DNA of 46,234 nucleotides from a bacterium (GCA_021779255.1 JAJYBC010000002.1:1-46234), one strand, 5' to 3'. Numbered from the stretch's first letter, positions 16,690-27,742 are shown. The notes: generated from the sequence alone by a model not told the origin. Numbers and translations: made by a program.

Positions 16690-17805
16690 CTAATTTCTAA
16701 TGGGCATGACAACATAGCTAAAATCAACCAAAGGTTTTTCCGTTTTTTTATCAATACCTTGAATTAAGGAGGGACCGTCACTTCCATTTAAGAAAAATAA
16801 AATTTCTTCCTCACTGATACTGTTTAATCCGTCCTGTAAAAATTGATAATTGAAAGTAACTTCGAATTTTTCTCCTCTAGTTTCTGCTGGCAGACTGGCG
16901 TGATGTTCTCCCAGTTCTCCTCCGGTTGCGTGTAAGGAAATTTTATCTTCTTCCAGCGCTATTTTTAAATCTTTGGTTTGAGTGGCGGAAAAAATGCCGG
17001 CGAGGCGTAAAGATCCCAATAATTCTTCTTTATTTATTCGAGCTTCAGCTTTAAAACTGGTAGGAATTATCTGCTTATAATCGGGATATTGACCTTCAAT
17101 TAAACGGCTGACGAAATAAACACCTTCATTTTGAAAAGCAATTTGATTCTCAGAAGTGATAATTGTAATCGGTTCTGAATTTTCACCAAAAATTCTTTCA
17201 GCTTCCTGCATACTTTTTCCTGGTACAATCAAAACAATCTCTTTATCGGATTTTTGTAAGAGTTTTATCGTTTTTTCGGCTAAACGATAACCATCAGTGG
17301 CGGCAATTTTAACCTCGTCTTGATTGATTGTTAAACAAACGCCGGTTAATTCCAATTTTGTTTCCAAAGTGGCGAGAGAAGGAGCGACTTTTTTGATGGC
17401 TTCGCTAAATAAACTACCTTGGACTTGAAAATTTTCACCTTCTTTGATTTGGGGAATCAAAGGAAAATCTTCAGCGGGGATGGTTCGTATTTTTGACTTA
17501 AAACTGGCGCTGGTTATTTTTAGAACCTGTTTTTCTTGTTCCAATGTGAGCTGGTCATCCTTGGAATTTTGAACAAAACTGGAAAGTAAATGAGCAGGTA
17601 CAGTTATTTTACCCTCTTTTTCCACTTTAGCGCGAACATAGCTGATCACTCCAATTTCCAAGTTGGTAGCTGATAATTTCAATAGTCCTTTTTCTGTTTC
17701 TAAAAGGATATTGCCTAAAATCGGCAAAGTAGGATTTTTTCCGACAGAACGTTCACAGCGAGCAATCCCTTTGCGAAGATTGTCGCGAGTACATATGATT
17801 TTCAT
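16690..17805 (-). CDS. dnaN: DNA polymerase III beta sliding clamp
   Basis: 371 aa. MKIICTRDNL...PILGNILLE...LKLSATNLE...DGYRLA...RLIEGQYPDY...MPIR are typical DnaN landmarks. Confidence 0.9.
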   Translation of the reverse strand: MKIICTRDNLRKGIARCERSVGKNPTLPILGNILLETEKGLLKLSATNLEIGVISYVRAKVEKEGKITVPAHLLSSFVQNSKDDQLTLEQEKQVLKITSASFKSKIRTIPAEDFPLIPQIKEGENFQVQGSLFSEAIKKVAPSLATLETKLELTGVCLTINQDEVKIAATDGYRLAEKTIKLLQKSDKEIVLIVPGKSMQEAERIFGENSEPITIITSENQIAFQNEGVYFVSRLIEGQYPDYKQIIPTSFKAEARINKEELLGSLRLAGIFSATQTKDLKIALEEDKISLHATGGELGEHHASLPAETRGEKFEVTFNYQFLQDGLNSISEEEILFFLNGSDGPSLIQGIDKKTEKPLVDFSYVVMPIRN

Positions 17806-17838
17806 GTTGAATCGTCAAGTTTAAATTTAAGAGCGAGG

Positions 17839-18969
17839 TTAGTTAGCGGCTGGTTCCCACTTTAATCTCTGTCCCGGTTCAAGAATTTCCACCCAAATTT
17901 GTCCCGGTACGAATTTGATTTCTTGACCGCTTTCGTCATAAAAGAATAATTTACTGCTAGCCGTAGACTTGTCTTTTTTCCAAGAACCTTTAATTTCTTG
18001 GCCATTTAGATAGTAGAAAGCTTCGCCTGAATCAGAACTGTCGAACCAAGGATCTCCCAGTTGAACGTTGTTATATTGACCCTCAATTTGAGCGGAAGCA
18101 GCAAAGAGAACGGCTACGTTTTTGGGCGCAATTCTCTTTCCGTTGTTACGGTCGGTATCTTCTTTACCATCCCAAGAACGGAGATAAGAGTTGGATTCTT
18201 TATCGTAATCATAGGCGGTATCGTAAGGGCTGGCAAAAGCTACTCTTAAATGACCACCGTTTGGTCGTTGATCCAAAGGAGCTTCGGCTTGATGAGGATA
18301 TCCAACGAATTGATCTTCCATTCGGTAACCAAAAGCTTTGGCCCCCTCCAATAATTTGGCAAATTTAGCATAACCGGAATCAACTCCGCGAGGCATACCC
18401 TCTTTACGGTAGCAATATTGACCGGCCGACTTACCGGCATCGTTATTACAGTTCATATCATCAATAACGCCACTGTTTAAAAGTTCCATAAATTTTTCAA
18501 TACTTGAGCGACCCCAATGAACAAAAATAGCGTCTAGTCCTTTGGCAATATGAACAAAATCGTGACGAGCGCTGCGCATAGAGCCGATATCTTCCGGATT
18601 GCCACAAACATAAACTCCCATCAAACGAGTGATAGAGGCAGTAATAACTGGCATTTCAAAGACCATATCCGCTTCGGAAAACCCAGAGGCTGGCCGAGCT
18701 GTAACGTCAGAAGGTTGCATTACGGCGAAAGGTCTGCGATTCCAATCGGCACAAGCGATACCAGATAGAGGGCTAACATTTCCGGTGTTAAGAATCGGTT
18801 GTTCCGCATTAACGGTAACGTTAGCATTTTGATTTTTCGATAGAAGATTATTCTTTTTGGATTTGCCCAAAATTAACCAGAGAACTAAAGAACCAACAAT
18901 TATTCCGAGAGCGATGGCAATGATCATAGTTTTGTTTTCTTGAACTTTTTGGAGCATTTTTTCTTTCAT
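17839..18969 (-). CDS. DUF3048-family (YerB-like) membrane-anchored protein
   Basis: N-terminal TM anchor, then SPLSG...RRPFAVM...ARPASGFSEADMVFEMPVIT-SITRLMGVY...MRSARHDF...AIFVHWG, matching the DUF3048 signature as I recall it. Confidence 0.65.
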   Translation of the reverse strand: MKEKMLQKVQENKTMIIAIALGIIVGSLVLWLILGKSKKNNLLSKNQNANVTVNAEQPILNTGNVSPLSGIACADWNRRPFAVMQPSDVTARPASGFSEADMVFEMPVITASITRLMGVYVCGNPEDIGSMRSARHDFVHIAKGLDAIFVHWGRSSIEKFMELLNSGVIDDMNCNNDAGKSAGQYCYRKEGMPRGVDSGYAKFAKLLEGAKAFGYRMEDQFVGYPHQAEAPLDQRPNGGHLRVAFASPYDTAYDYDKESNSYLRSWDGKEDTDRNNGKRIAPKNVAVLFAASAQIEGQYNNVQLGDPWFDSSDSGEAFYYLNGQEIKGSWKKDKSTASSKLFFYDESGQEIKFVPGQIWVEILEPGQRLKWEPAAN

Positions 18970-19045
18970 TGATTTTTGGTTAATTTTAAATAATGAATTT
19001 AAGAATTTAATTTATTGTGATATGTTTTTTCAAAAAAGAAAAGTT

Positions 19046-20233
19046 TCAAAAGAAAATTCGTCGGAGGTGTTGGGGAATATGAACCAAAATTTCGTAAGGA
19101 ATAGTCTCGCAAAGTTTGGCTATATTTAAAACAGAATTTTTATCTTTGGGATTTCGACTGATTAAAATAACTTTGTCGCCAACCTTTATTTCCGGTAAAG
19201 AGCTAACATCCACCAAACTAATATTCATACTTATTCGTCCAACGATCGGACAAAATTGTTCTTTAATTTTGTAATAACCTTTGTTGGATAATCGGCGATC
19301 TATTCCTTCGAAATAGCCGGCCGGAATAGTCGCTATTTTTGTGGTTCGATTAGCTCTATAAGTGATACCATAGCCGACGTATTCGTCTTTCTCGACTGTT
19401 TTAAGACCGGTTACAATCGTTTGCATTTCAAGAGTTGGTTTTAATTTGATTTTTGCGAAAGGAGAAGGATTAAAACCGTGTAAACCGATACCTAAACGAA
19501 TTACGTTGGTTGTTTGAGCTAATTTATTTTCTGAAAATGGCGATTTAGTCCTATTTTCAGTCCAATTGGTATAATAGCTACCGCCGGTGGCGGCCAAATG
19601 GAAAAATTTAATTTGAGGAAATTCTTGGCGCCAAAGTTGGCTGGCTTTTTGCCAATTTTCAATTTGGTAAAGAGAATAATTTTTATTTTCATTATCGGCG
19701 TTGCAAAAATGAGAGCAAAGACCGTCGAGAATTAGATGAGGATTTTGTTTGATCAGTTGGATGGCTTCCGAAATTTCTTTAATTAAAATACCTTGCCTGT
19801 GCATACCGGTGTCGATTTTTAAATGAAAATGTTGCGGTTTAAATAATTTTTTCGTCAAGTTCTTTAATTGGTTCAAACTAGTGATTGTAAAAGCAATATT
19901 TTTTTGGCGATTAGCGACAATGTCTTCGTTTCTAGTAAAACCGATTATTAAAATGGGCGATTTAATTTTTGCATTTTTAAGAGTGTTAGCTTCAAAAAGA
20001 GAATCTACCACCAAAAAAGCGATTTTTTCTTTATCCAGTATTTTGGCCGTTAAGACTAGATCGTGACCATAAGCGTTGCTTTTAAGGACGGGCGCTATTT
20101 GATGGTGAGGAAATTCTTGTTGAAAAGAATGCAAATTAGTTAAAAGATGTTTTTTAGAAACAAAAATCTCAATCAAAGGATGATGTCCGTTAAGATTTTT
20201 TTTAATTTGGCGTAAAAAATCAAAGATTCTCAT
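19046..20233 (-). CDS. alr: alanine racemase
   Basis: The PLP-lysine motif PVLKSNAYGHD, the TIM-barrel N-domain and the C-terminal beta domain (VGYG...IPAGYFEG...GRISMN). Confidence 0.85.
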   Translation of the reverse strand: MRIFDFLRQIKKNLNGHHPLIEIFVSKKHLLTNLHSFQQEFPHHQIAPVLKSNAYGHDLVLTAKILDKEKIAFLVVDSLFEANTLKNAKIKSPILIIGFTRNEDIVANRQKNIAFTITSLNQLKNLTKKLFKPQHFHLKIDTGMHRQGILIKEISEAIQLIKQNPHLILDGLCSHFCNADNENKNYSLYQIENWQKASQLWRQEFPQIKFFHLAATGGSYYTNWTENRTKSPFSENKLAQTTNVIRLGIGLHGFNPSPFAKIKLKPTLEMQTIVTGLKTVEKDEYVGYGITYRANRTTKIATIPAGYFEGIDRRLSNKGYYKIKEQFCPIVGRISMNISLVDVSSLPEIKVGDKVILISRNPKDKNSVLNIAKLCETIPYEILVHIPQHLRRIFF

Positions 20234-20292
20234 TTTGGCTCATTAACTCATTAAAATATGGACAATTTGGATAAAATGTCATTTAAGCTTAA

Positions 20293-21420
20293 TCATAAAG
20301 ATAAATCAGCTTTAGCTTCCAGCGTTTGCCAATTCTGGAAAAAGACTTTTCTCTTTTCTTGACTAATTTTTTGCCATTTAAAATAAACGACAGGAATTAA
20401 CATAGCAGCATTATCTCCGGTTAACTCGAAAGGAGGCCAATTCACTTTGAGGCGGGAGCTAATCAAAAACAGTTCTTCAGACCAGCGTTTACGCAGTAAA
20501 TGGTTGGCGGAAACTCCTCCTCCCAAAAGGGCCGTTTTAAAAGAATGTCTGGCTAAAGCTTTTTTGGTTTGAGAAAGCAGGCTTTCAACAGCGACATCCT
20601 CAAAAGCTTTGGCTAAATCTTGTTTTTGCTTTCGGGTTAAAGGAAGATTGAGATCCGGTTTAGGTTTTTGATTAAAAATGGATTTAGAGTTAGATTTGGG
20701 TAAAAAAGATAAAGCTTTGTAAAGAACAGCCGTTTTAAGTCCGGAAAAAGAAAAATTTAAAGCGGGATTTTTTTGGAGAGGAAGAGAAAAAGAAAAATCA
20801 GGCTCTCCTTTGCGAGCCAATCGACTTAATGCGGCTCCTCCCGGATAGCCGAGGCCTAAAATTCGCGCTACTTTGTCAAAAGCTTCACCGACTGCATCGT
20901 CCAAAGTCTCACCTAAAATTTCGTATTGCAAATGTTTTTTCATTTTAATCAGTAGCGTGTGGCCACCGGAGACTAAAAGGGCCAGTAAAGGAAAAGGATT
21001 ATCGGTTAGAGAAAATTGTTGGGGTAAAGATTTGGTCCAAGCTGAATAGATGTGAGCTTCTAAATGATTAACGGGAATCAAAGGTTTTTGCCAATCTCGG
21101 CTTAGTTGTTTGGCAAAATTAACGCCCGTCCAAAGAGCGGGAATCAACCCCGGTCCTTGAGTTACTCCGATTAAATCAATTTTTGCTTGTGCCATTTTAC
21201 TACTTTTAAATCCCGCCTTTTGGCAAGCGGATTCGAAGACAAGCGGTAAATTTTTTTGATGTTCTCGAGCGGCTAAAGTTGGTACAACTCCGCCCCAGCG
21301 AGCGTGCAATTTTATTTGGGAAGAGACAACATGAGAAAGAAGTTCAATTCGTTGGTTTTTAATTTCTCCAATAGCGATAGAAGTTTCATCACAAGAAGTC
21401 TCGATGGTCAAAATAAGCAT
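20293..21420 (-). CDS. tsaD: tRNA N6-adenosine threonylcarbamoyltransferase (Kae1/TsaD)
   Basis: ILTIETSCDETSIAI...VNHLEAHIYS...LVSGGHT...DEAFDKVARILGLGYPGG...GGGVSAN are TsaD motifs. A roughly 30-aa Lys-rich insertion is present. Confidence 0.9.
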   Translation of the reverse strand: MLILTIETSCDETSIAIGEIKNQRIELLSHVVSSQIKLHARWGGVVPTLAAREHQKNLPLVFESACQKAGFKSSKMAQAKIDLIGVTQGPGLIPALWTGVNFAKQLSRDWQKPLIPVNHLEAHIYSAWTKSLPQQFSLTDNPFPLLALLVSGGHTLLIKMKKHLQYEILGETLDDAVGEAFDKVARILGLGYPGGAALSRLARKGEPDFSFSLPLQKNPALNFSFSGLKTAVLYKALSFLPKSNSKSIFNQKPKPDLNLPLTRKQKQDLAKAFEDVAVESLLSQTKKALARHSFKTALLGGGVSANHLLRKRWSEELFLISSRLKVNWPPFELTGDNAAMLIPVVYFKWQKISQEKRKVFFQNWQTLEAKADLSL

Positions 21421-21452
21421 TTAGATTTATTTTCTTGGTTATTTTTAAATAC

Positions 21453-21710
21453 TTATCCTCCCAGCATACTACTTAAACCTCCCATGTTTTCCATCATTTT
21501 TTTCTGAATAGAACGCATAGACCGGTTAAAGCATTTACGGAGATTTTTAGTTAATTTCGGGTGGTTGGGATCATCAATTTCTACATTTAGAACTTCCATC
21601 GCGCCGTTGAGAGTGATTCTTACTCCATCGTATTCTTCGGTGTGACTTACTTCTTCCATTTGTTTTTTCATCTGGCGCAAGCGTTTAAGCTCTTTAAGCT
21701 GTCCTAGCAT
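21453..21710 (-). CDS. ybaB: YbaB/EbfC-family nucleoid-associated protein
   Basis: 85 aa. LKRLRQMKKQMEEV...GVRITLNGAMEVLNVEID fits the YbaB pattern. Confidence 0.75.
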   Translation of the reverse strand: MLGQLKELKRLRQMKKQMEEVSHTEEYDGVRITLNGAMEVLNVEIDDPNHPKLTKNLRKCFNRSMRSIQKKMMENMGGLSSMLGG

Positions 21711-21747
21711 GGTTTTTAGTTAAAAATAAATTTTCAATTTTAGATTT

Positions 21748-23388
21748 TTAATTTGAAGGAGTAACACCATTTTCTGATTTTTCTTGTTCTAATCCCTCAT
21801 CGGTTAAGAAAAAATCTTTTTCATCGCCGGGAACGAAAATTTGTTGAGCGTTTTGTCCTAAAATGATAACAAAATCAGCATCAATAGAGGGCTCTTTGTA
21901 GAGAGAAATTTGTCCATCAAAACGACGGGAAAGGTCATCTAGACTAAAAGGTTTACGTCCTTCGGCGTTGTCGTAAATAATGGTTTGTTTAATATTATCT
22001 AAATTTAAGGTTATTTTATCAATCAAAGAAGCGGAAGTCAAATTTTTTCTATTTGCTCCGGAGACAACAGGCAAATGAGAGTCAGCTTTTCTTTGCCAAA
22101 GAAAAACATTAGCCAAGTTAAAATCACCTTCCACGATTTGATAATTTTTACTGCGTAAAATATCGCGAGCTTTATCGCCTAAATTGGTTAATCCGGGAGT
22201 GGTAATAACGGCTACTCGCGCTTGTTCTTGATTGCGAGCTTTTTCTTGTCTATCAGCGATGTCAAGTTGTAAAATGTAATTAGCTAATTTACGAATCTCG
22301 TAATAATTACCTGAACGTGGGCGTAGAGTGTAAGCGCGAATTTGGCCGATAGTCGGATTATAATCTTCTAGTAATCCTTCCGGACTGTTATCCAGAACTT
22401 TGTTCACAATTTTACTTTCATCAATGTCTTTAATTAGTAATAAAAATGGAAAATAATCGGAAAATCCAATATCCGTCTTAACGTTATCTTGAATAATTTT
22501 AAGTATTTGATTAAAAAAATCCAAACTTTCTTTCAGTCCTCTCTTCTCAAAAAATTTATTTTTCAGAGATTCAATAACTTGTTGCTGACGTCGAGCTCGT
22601 CCAAAATCGCCACCGGCAATATGACGGACACGAACGTATTTGAGAGCGGTAGCACCGTCTAAATGATGGGGACCTTTTTCGATGGCAAAGGTTTGGTAAC
22701 TGAAATTGGGTCCGGGATAACGATTGTCGTAAATATCATTTTCCACTTGAACGTCCACTCCGCCCAAAGTGTTGACTGCTTCTTCGAAAGCGGAAAAATT
22801 AACCATAACATAGTAATCGATTTTCTGGCCGGTTATTTCGCTGACGGCTTGTTCCAATATTTCAATGCCTTTTTGGTGGCCACCCATTTTTAAGCCGTAA
22901 ACATAAAGAGCGTTGATTTTGGTAAAAAGCTTAGTGTTGGGTACGGCTACATATAAATCACGAGGAATAGAAATAAGAGAACTTTGATAAGTGGTTGGGT
23001 TAATGCTGGCTAAAATGATAGTATCGGTTAAATCACTGCCCGGATAACCGGGAACAGCTTTTCCAAGTAATAAAATATTAATTCTTTCGTGAGTGCCTTT
23101 TTGAGGGAAAGTTTTTTCTTTAGCAAAATCTAAAAGTCCAAACTGACGTTTGTATTCATTTTTTGTCGCTTCGTCGATGGTGGCGACATTATTAAGACCT
23201 GACAAGTCAGGTGTTTCTACCGCAAAAGTATTTTCGGGAGAAGTATCAACGGTTGGTGGCTTAATATTACCAAAAGTGATTTTTTCCGAGACATTCCAAA
23301 CTCTAAAAAAAAATTGACCAACCAGAAAAGATCCAATCAAAAGAGGAAGGACAATAAAAATAAGAACCAGATATTTCCAGCGAGACAT
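21748..23388 (-). CDS. LytR-CpsA-Psr (LCP) family protein with a long C-terminal extension
   Basis: N-terminal TM anchor, then INILLLGK...SDLTDTIILASINP...LISIPRDLYV...INALY...VNFSAFEEAVNTLGGVDV...RHIAGGDFGRARRQQ. Confidence 0.85.
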   Translation of the reverse strand: MSRWKYLVLIFIVLPLLIGSFLVGQFFFRVWNVSEKITFGNIKPPTVDTSPENTFAVETPDLSGLNNVATIDEATKNEYKRQFGLLDFAKEKTFPQKGTHERINILLLGKAVPGYPGSDLTDTIILASINPTTYQSSLISIPRDLYVAVPNTKLFTKINALYVYGLKMGGHQKGIEILEQAVSEITGQKIDYYVMVNFSAFEEAVNTLGGVDVQVENDIYDNRYPGPNFSYQTFAIEKGPHHLDGATALKYVRVRHIAGGDFGRARRQQQVIESLKNKFFEKRGLKESLDFFNQILKIIQDNVKTDIGFSDYFPFLLLIKDIDESKIVNKVLDNSPEGLLEDYNPTIGQIRAYTLRPRSGNYYEIRKLANYILQLDIADRQEKARNQEQARVAVITTPGLTNLGDKARDILRSKNYQIVEGDFNLANVFLWQRKADSHLPVVSGANRKNLTSASLIDKITLNLDNIKQTIIYDNAEGRKPFSLDDLSRRFDGQISLYKEPSIDADFVIILGQNAQQIFVPGDEKDFFLTDEGLEQEKSENGVTPSN

Positions 23389-23425
23389 AAGAGATGTTAA
23401 ATTTCTAAAATATTTCGTATTTGTA

Positions 23426-23872
23426 TTATCCTCTTTTCCTGCGATATTTTTCCAGTACTTTTAGACGAGCAATCTCCCTTTCTAATCCAGATTCTAATTT
23501 GGCGAATTCTTGTTTATCGACACCCATTTTTTTGGCTTTTTCAATCATTTCCTCGGCTTTTTTCTTAGCTAGTTCAATTTTTTCTCTCTCTAATTCTTCC
23601 ACTCTCTCGGCTTTTTGTAAAAGCAAACGCACGGTGTTTTCTCTAATTTCAATGATGCCTTCAGAAACGGCCATTGTTCTTTCTTTGGGAGTATTATGGT
23701 CTTGCAATTCGGTTATCTTGGCTTCACCCGGTTTAATAACGGAAACAAGTGGCGTGTGAGAAGGTAGAATGGTGATTTCTCCTTCCAAAGTATTAATAAT
23801 CAGCTTGGTAGCTGGTTGTTGATAAATAATTTGCTCGGGAGTAATCATCCGTAGCAGAAAAGTAGAAGACAT
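23426..23872 (-). CDS. atpC: F-type ATP synthase epsilon subunit
   Basis: ITPEQIIYQQPATKLIINTLEGEITILPSHTPLVSVIKPGEAKI...VSEGIIEI followed by a helical C-terminal domain is the classic epsilon pattern. There is no adjacent atpD. Confidence 0.75.
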   Translation of the reverse strand: MSSTFLLRMITPEQIIYQQPATKLIINTLEGEITILPSHTPLVSVIKPGEAKITELQDHNTPKERTMAVSEGIIEIRENTVRLLLQKAERVEELEREKIELAKKKAEEMIEKAKKMGVDKQEFAKLESGLEREIARLKVLEKYRRKRG

Positions 23873-23922
23873 AGTACTAAATAAAGATAATAAATAAATT
23901 TTTAATTCACCCGATAAAATTT

Positions 23923-26052
23923 CTATTTGGTCTTTCCTTCAATAATCTCTTGAGCGATATTGTCAGGAACACGATTATAATGAGAAAATTCCATAGCGTA
24001 AGTGGCTCGACCTTGGCTCATAGAGCGAAGTTGGGTGGCATAACCGAACATATTAGCCAAAGGAACTTTACCGGTAATAATTTTCAAACGTAAAATTCCT
24101 TGTTCACGATCTTCCATATTTTCGATTTGTCCTCGGCGAGAATTGAGATCTCCCACGATATCACCCATAAATTGTTCTGGGGTTACAGCCTCGACTTTCA
24201 TAATTGGTTCGATGATAAAAGGTTTTCCTTGTCGCATAGCTTCTTTAAAAGCCATGGAAGAGGCAATTTTAAAGGCGGCTTCCGAAGAATCAACATCGTG
24301 ATAACTTCCGTCAAACAAGGAGGCTTTAACGTCCACAACGGGATAGCCGGCAATGACTCCGCTACCCAAAGCTTCTTTGACGCCTTTTTCACAGGCAGGG
24401 ATAAATTCGTTGGGAATAGCCGCTCCTTTGATTAGATTGGCAAACTCAAAACCTTGACCGGCTTCTTGAGGTTCCAGACGGAGGAAAACGTGTCCATATT
24501 GACCGCGACCGCCACTTTGACGAATATATTTTCCTTCTGCTTCCGAAGTTTGACCGATGGTTTCCTTGTAAGCGACGCGGGGTTTGCCCATAGTGGCCTC
24601 CACTTTAAATTCTCTTTTCATTCGATCAACTAAAATTTCAAGGTGAAGTTCACCCATACCGGCGATAATAGTTTCGGCTGTTTCTTCATCGGTATGAACT
24701 TTAAACGTAGGATCTTCATCGGATAATTTTTTAAGAGCCAAGCCCATTTTTTCTTGATCAGCTTTAGTTTTTGGTTCAATAGAAGCGGAAATAACCGTAT
24801 CCGGAAATTGCATACTTTCGAGAATAATAGGATTATTTTCAACGCAGAGGGTATCACCGGTAGTGGTATTTTTCAATCCTACCATGGCGGCAATATCGCC
24901 GGCGTAAATTTCTTGGACATCTTCCCTTTTATTGGCGTGTAAACGAACTATTCGGCCAACTCTTTCTTTTTGGTCCTTGGTGGCGTTTAAAACATAGGAA
25001 CCTGTTTGAAGTGTTCCCGAATAAACTCTAAAAAAGCAGAGATTACCAACAAAGGGGTCGGTAGCCAGTTTAAAAGCTAAGGCGGAAAAGGGCGCATTAT
25101 CTTCTACCGGACGAGTAATAATTTCGTGAGTAGCGGGATGAAAACCGGTGATTGCCGGTTTTTCAAGCGGAGAAGGCAAATAGTCGATAATCATATCCAA
25201 CAGTTTGATCACGATTACGCTTCTCCCGTCACCGCCGGTTACGGGAAATAATTTACCTGCCAAAGTAGCTTCACGGAGAGCATATTTTAATTCTTCATTA
25301 GAAAGTTTTCCGTCTTCCAAAAAAACTTCGATTAGCTTGTCGTTGGTCTCGGCAACTTTTTCGGCTAAAATATTGCGATATTCTTCGACCTTGGCCATCA
25401 TTTCTTCCGGAATGATTGTTTCGCAAAGCTCAGTGTGCGCGTCATTAGTGTAAATATAAGCTTTCATAGCGACCAAGTCAACCAAACCTTTAATTCCCTG
25501 TTCTTCGCCGATGGGCAGAGTAATAGCTACGGCGTTGGAACTTAATCTTTCGTGAATAGATTTTAAGCTCATATAAAAATCGCCGCCTGTCTGATTGATT
25601 TTATTAATGAAACAGATGCGGGGAACGCTATATTTGTCGGCTTGACGCCAAACAGTTTCCGATTGAGGTTCTACACCCATTTTACCGTCAAAAACCACAA
25701 CGCCTCCGTCTAAGACCCGCAAAGAGCGTTCTACTTCTACGGTAAAATCAACGTGACCGGGTGTATCGATAATATTGATTTGGTATTCTTTTTTTCCAGC
25801 TTCTATCTGGCCGTTAGCATCAAAAGTTGAAGGAGACCAGAAACAAGTAGTGGCGGCAGCTGTGATGGTGATTCCTCGTTCTCTCTCCTGTTCCATCCAG
25901 TCCATAGTCGCTTCACCTTCGTGCACTTCGCCGATTTTGTGAGTGATACCGGTGTAATACAAAATTCTTTCGGTGGTAGTGGTTTTTCCGGCGTCAATGT
26001 GAGCGATAATCCCGATGTTACGGGTTTTTTCGAGAGGATAACTTCGAGGCAT
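23923..26052 (-). CDS. fusA: translation elongation factor G
   Basis: [23 protein letters not shown]...[13 protein letters not shown]...[10 protein letters not shown]...NKID; 709 aa, full five-domain length. Confidence 0.97.
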   Translation of the reverse strand: MPRSYPLEKTRNIGIIAHIDAGKTTTTERILYYTGITHKIGEVHEGEATMDWMEQERERGITITAAATTCFWSPSTFDANGQIEAGKKEYQINIIDTPGHVDFTVEVERSLRVLDGGVVVFDGKMGVEPQSETVWRQADKYSVPRICFINKINQTGGDFYMSLKSIHERLSSNAVAITLPIGEEQGIKGLVDLVAMKAYIYTNDAHTELCETIIPEEMMAKVEEYRNILAEKVAETNDKLIEVFLEDGKLSNEELKYALREATLAGKLFPVTGGDGRSVIVIKLLDMIIDYLPSPLEKPAITGFHPATHEIITRPVEDNAPFSALAFKLATDPFVGNLCFFRVYSGTLQTGSYVLNATKDQKERVGRIVRLHANKREDVQEIYAGDIAAMVGLKNTTTGDTLCVENNPIILESMQFPDTVISASIEPKTKADQEKMGLALKKLSDEDPTFKVHTDEETAETIIAGMGELHLEILVDRMKREFKVEATMGKPRVAYKETIGQTSEAEGKYIRQSGGRGQYGHVFLRLEPQEAGQGFEFANLIKGAAIPNEFIPACEKGVKEALGSGVIAGYPVVDVKASLFDGSYHDVDSSEAAFKIASSMAFKEAMRQGKPFIIEPIMKVEAVTPEQFMGDIVGDLNSRRGQIENMEDREQGILRLKIITGKVPLANMFGYATQLRSMSQGRATYAMEFSHYNRVPDNIAQEIIEGKTK

Positions 26053-26164
26053 AGCGTAAGATTAATTTTCAATAGAGATTTTTTACAATTTATCTTACAT
26101 CGAAAAATATAAGAGTGTCAATTACACGAATAACAAAGGCATACAGCAAGACGTTTTTAGCAAA

Positions 26165-26524
26165 TTATTTTCTGGCCACCAAGTACCAGATCACAATACC
26201 AAGAGTCCACCAAGGAAAAACACCAATTACGGGCAATAATTCCAGAATAAAGACCATAAATACCAAAAAAACGGAAAAAATCACCGCTCGAGAGGAAAAA
26301 ATCAGTAAAAAAAGAAGCAACAAAAGAGAGGTAATATCCAAAGTTTGAGGAATGAGAGAAAGTTGATTCCAAGTGACTAAATCAAAAAAATCGTTAATAA
26401 TGGCAATAGTTAAACCTAAAAAGAAAAAAATTAACAAATTATCACTACCAAACAAATTAAAATCGTTTTTTGGTTTTTCGGTTATAACTTCACTTCGAGA
26501 GAGCTCTTTTTTTTCTTCCGGCAT
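26165..26524 (-). CDS. hypothetical small membrane protein
   Basis: 119 aa with three hydrophobic segments after a charged N-terminus. It lies upstream of fusA and divergent from pilM. No family recognised. Confidence 0.5.
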   Translation of the reverse strand: MPEEKKELSRSEVITEKPKNDFNLFGSDNLLIFFFLGLTIAIINDFFDLVTWNQLSLIPQTLDITSLLLLLFLLIFSSRAVIFSVFLVFMVFILELLPVIGVFPWWTLGIVIWYLVARK

Positions 26525-26627
26525 AACTTGAATTTTAAAAAATAATTTGACTATTTTTATTTGTGAAATAAAATAACTATAATCAGTTTACCACAATAAA
26601 AAAATAAAATTATAAAGAAAAAAATAT

Positions 26628-27692
26628 ATGTGGAGTTTATTTGGAGGCGATAAAAATAAATTGGTCGGTATTGATATTGGGACTTCGGGAATTAAAGTGG
26701 TCGAATTGGAACATTCTCCAAGTTTGCGGGAAGTGTATTTAAAAAATTACGCCTTAGTCGGTTTCAAGGAAAATTTACCTCAAAAGGAGCGAGAGAGGCG
26801 CATTACCAAAGAAGAAATAGTGGAACTTCTGAAAGCCACTTTAACTCAAGGTAAAATTAAGACCAAAAATGCTTCTTTTTCCATACCGTCTTTTTCCAGT
26901 TTTTTGTCTTTTGTAACTATGCCCAGGGTTAGGCCGGAAGATCTCAAAAAGGCGATAACTATCGAAGCTCAAAAATTCATCCCCGTTTCATTGGAAGAAG
27001 TGGTTTTGGGTTGGGAAGTAATCGATGAACCGGAAGGTAAAGATATTTCCAACATTCGTGATCAGAATAAAATGAAAGTGTTGCTTCTAGCCGTTCCCAG
27101 AGATATTGTAAATCGCTATAAAGAAATTGCTAACGCTTGCGGTTTAAAATTACAAAATTTGGAAGTTGAAGCTTTTCCTCTTTTACGATCGCTCACACAA
27201 AATTATCAGAAAACTTTTGTAATTGTAGATATCGACTCTCGAGTTTGTAATTTATTGGTTGTCTCGGGGGGAAGTTTAAGGGGGGCTCGAAATATTGGTC
27301 TCGGCGGCGATGATTTAACAGAGATTTTGGTTCGGAGTATCAATATTGACTATGATCGAGCGGAAGAGCTAAAGAAAGAGGAAGGTTTTCACAACAAGCA
27401 GGTGGCTGAGTTGTTCGTACCGGTTCTGGGTAATGTGATCGATGAAGTTAAAAGAGTAATATCGATGTACAAAAGTAAAAATCCCAACAAAGAGATAGAC
27501 GAAATAATTTTGAGTGGAGGTACGGCCGATTTGAAAGGATTGGTGGATCTTTTCACCAGTAAATTAAATTTGCCAACTGTTGTGGGAGATCCGTGGAAAA
27601 AATTAACAATTGATGAACAAGTCAAAAAAGCTGTGGTTGAAAGAGGCACAACTTTCTCTATTTCTATTGGATTGGCGTTAAAGAATGAATGA
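26628..27692 (+). CDS. pilM: type IV pilus assembly protein PilM (actin-like ATPase)
   Basis: LVGIDIGTSGIKVVEL...AQKFIPVSLEEVVLGWEV...VDIDSRVCNLLVV...ILSGGTADLKGL is the PilM pattern, and the gene heads the pil operon. Confidence 0.85.
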   Translation: MWSLFGGDKNKLVGIDIGTSGIKVVELEHSPSLREVYLKNYALVGFKENLPQKERERRITKEEIVELLKATLTQGKIKTKNASFSIPSFSSFLSFVTMPRVRPEDLKKAITIEAQKFIPVSLEEVVLGWEVIDEPEGKDISNIRDQNKMKVLLLAVPRDIVNRYKEIANACGLKLQNLEVEAFPLLRSLTQNYQKTFVIVDIDSRVCNLLVVSGGSLRGARNIGLGGDDLTEILVRSINIDYDRAEELKKEEGFHNKQVAELFVPVLGNVIDEVKRVISMYKSKNPNKEIDEIILSGGTADLKGLVDLFTSKLNLPTVVGDPWKKLTIDEQVKKAVVERGTTFSISIGLALKNE

Positions 27693-27742
27693 TCCTTCGG
27701 TAAAATTCGTCTTAATAAATTGAAAATTTTTAAAATAAAAAT

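Noticed and set aside
16690-17805. Replication origin near dnaN.
   Set aside because: dnaA is not adjacent (the upstream gene is a DUF3048 protein), the flanking spacers are only 10-35 nt, and I saw no clustered DnaA-box-like 9-mers. The origin is probably elsewhere.
23886-23910. Shared 18-mer ATAAATTTTTAATTCACC, preceded by AAGATAA, found between fusA and atpC and again at 33927..33944 just after pilC. It could be a conserved intergenic signal.
   Set aside because: There are only two copies, in very AT-rich low-complexity spacers, in different contexts relative to the neighbouring genes. That is insufficient to separate function from chance or local duplication without a genome-wide count.
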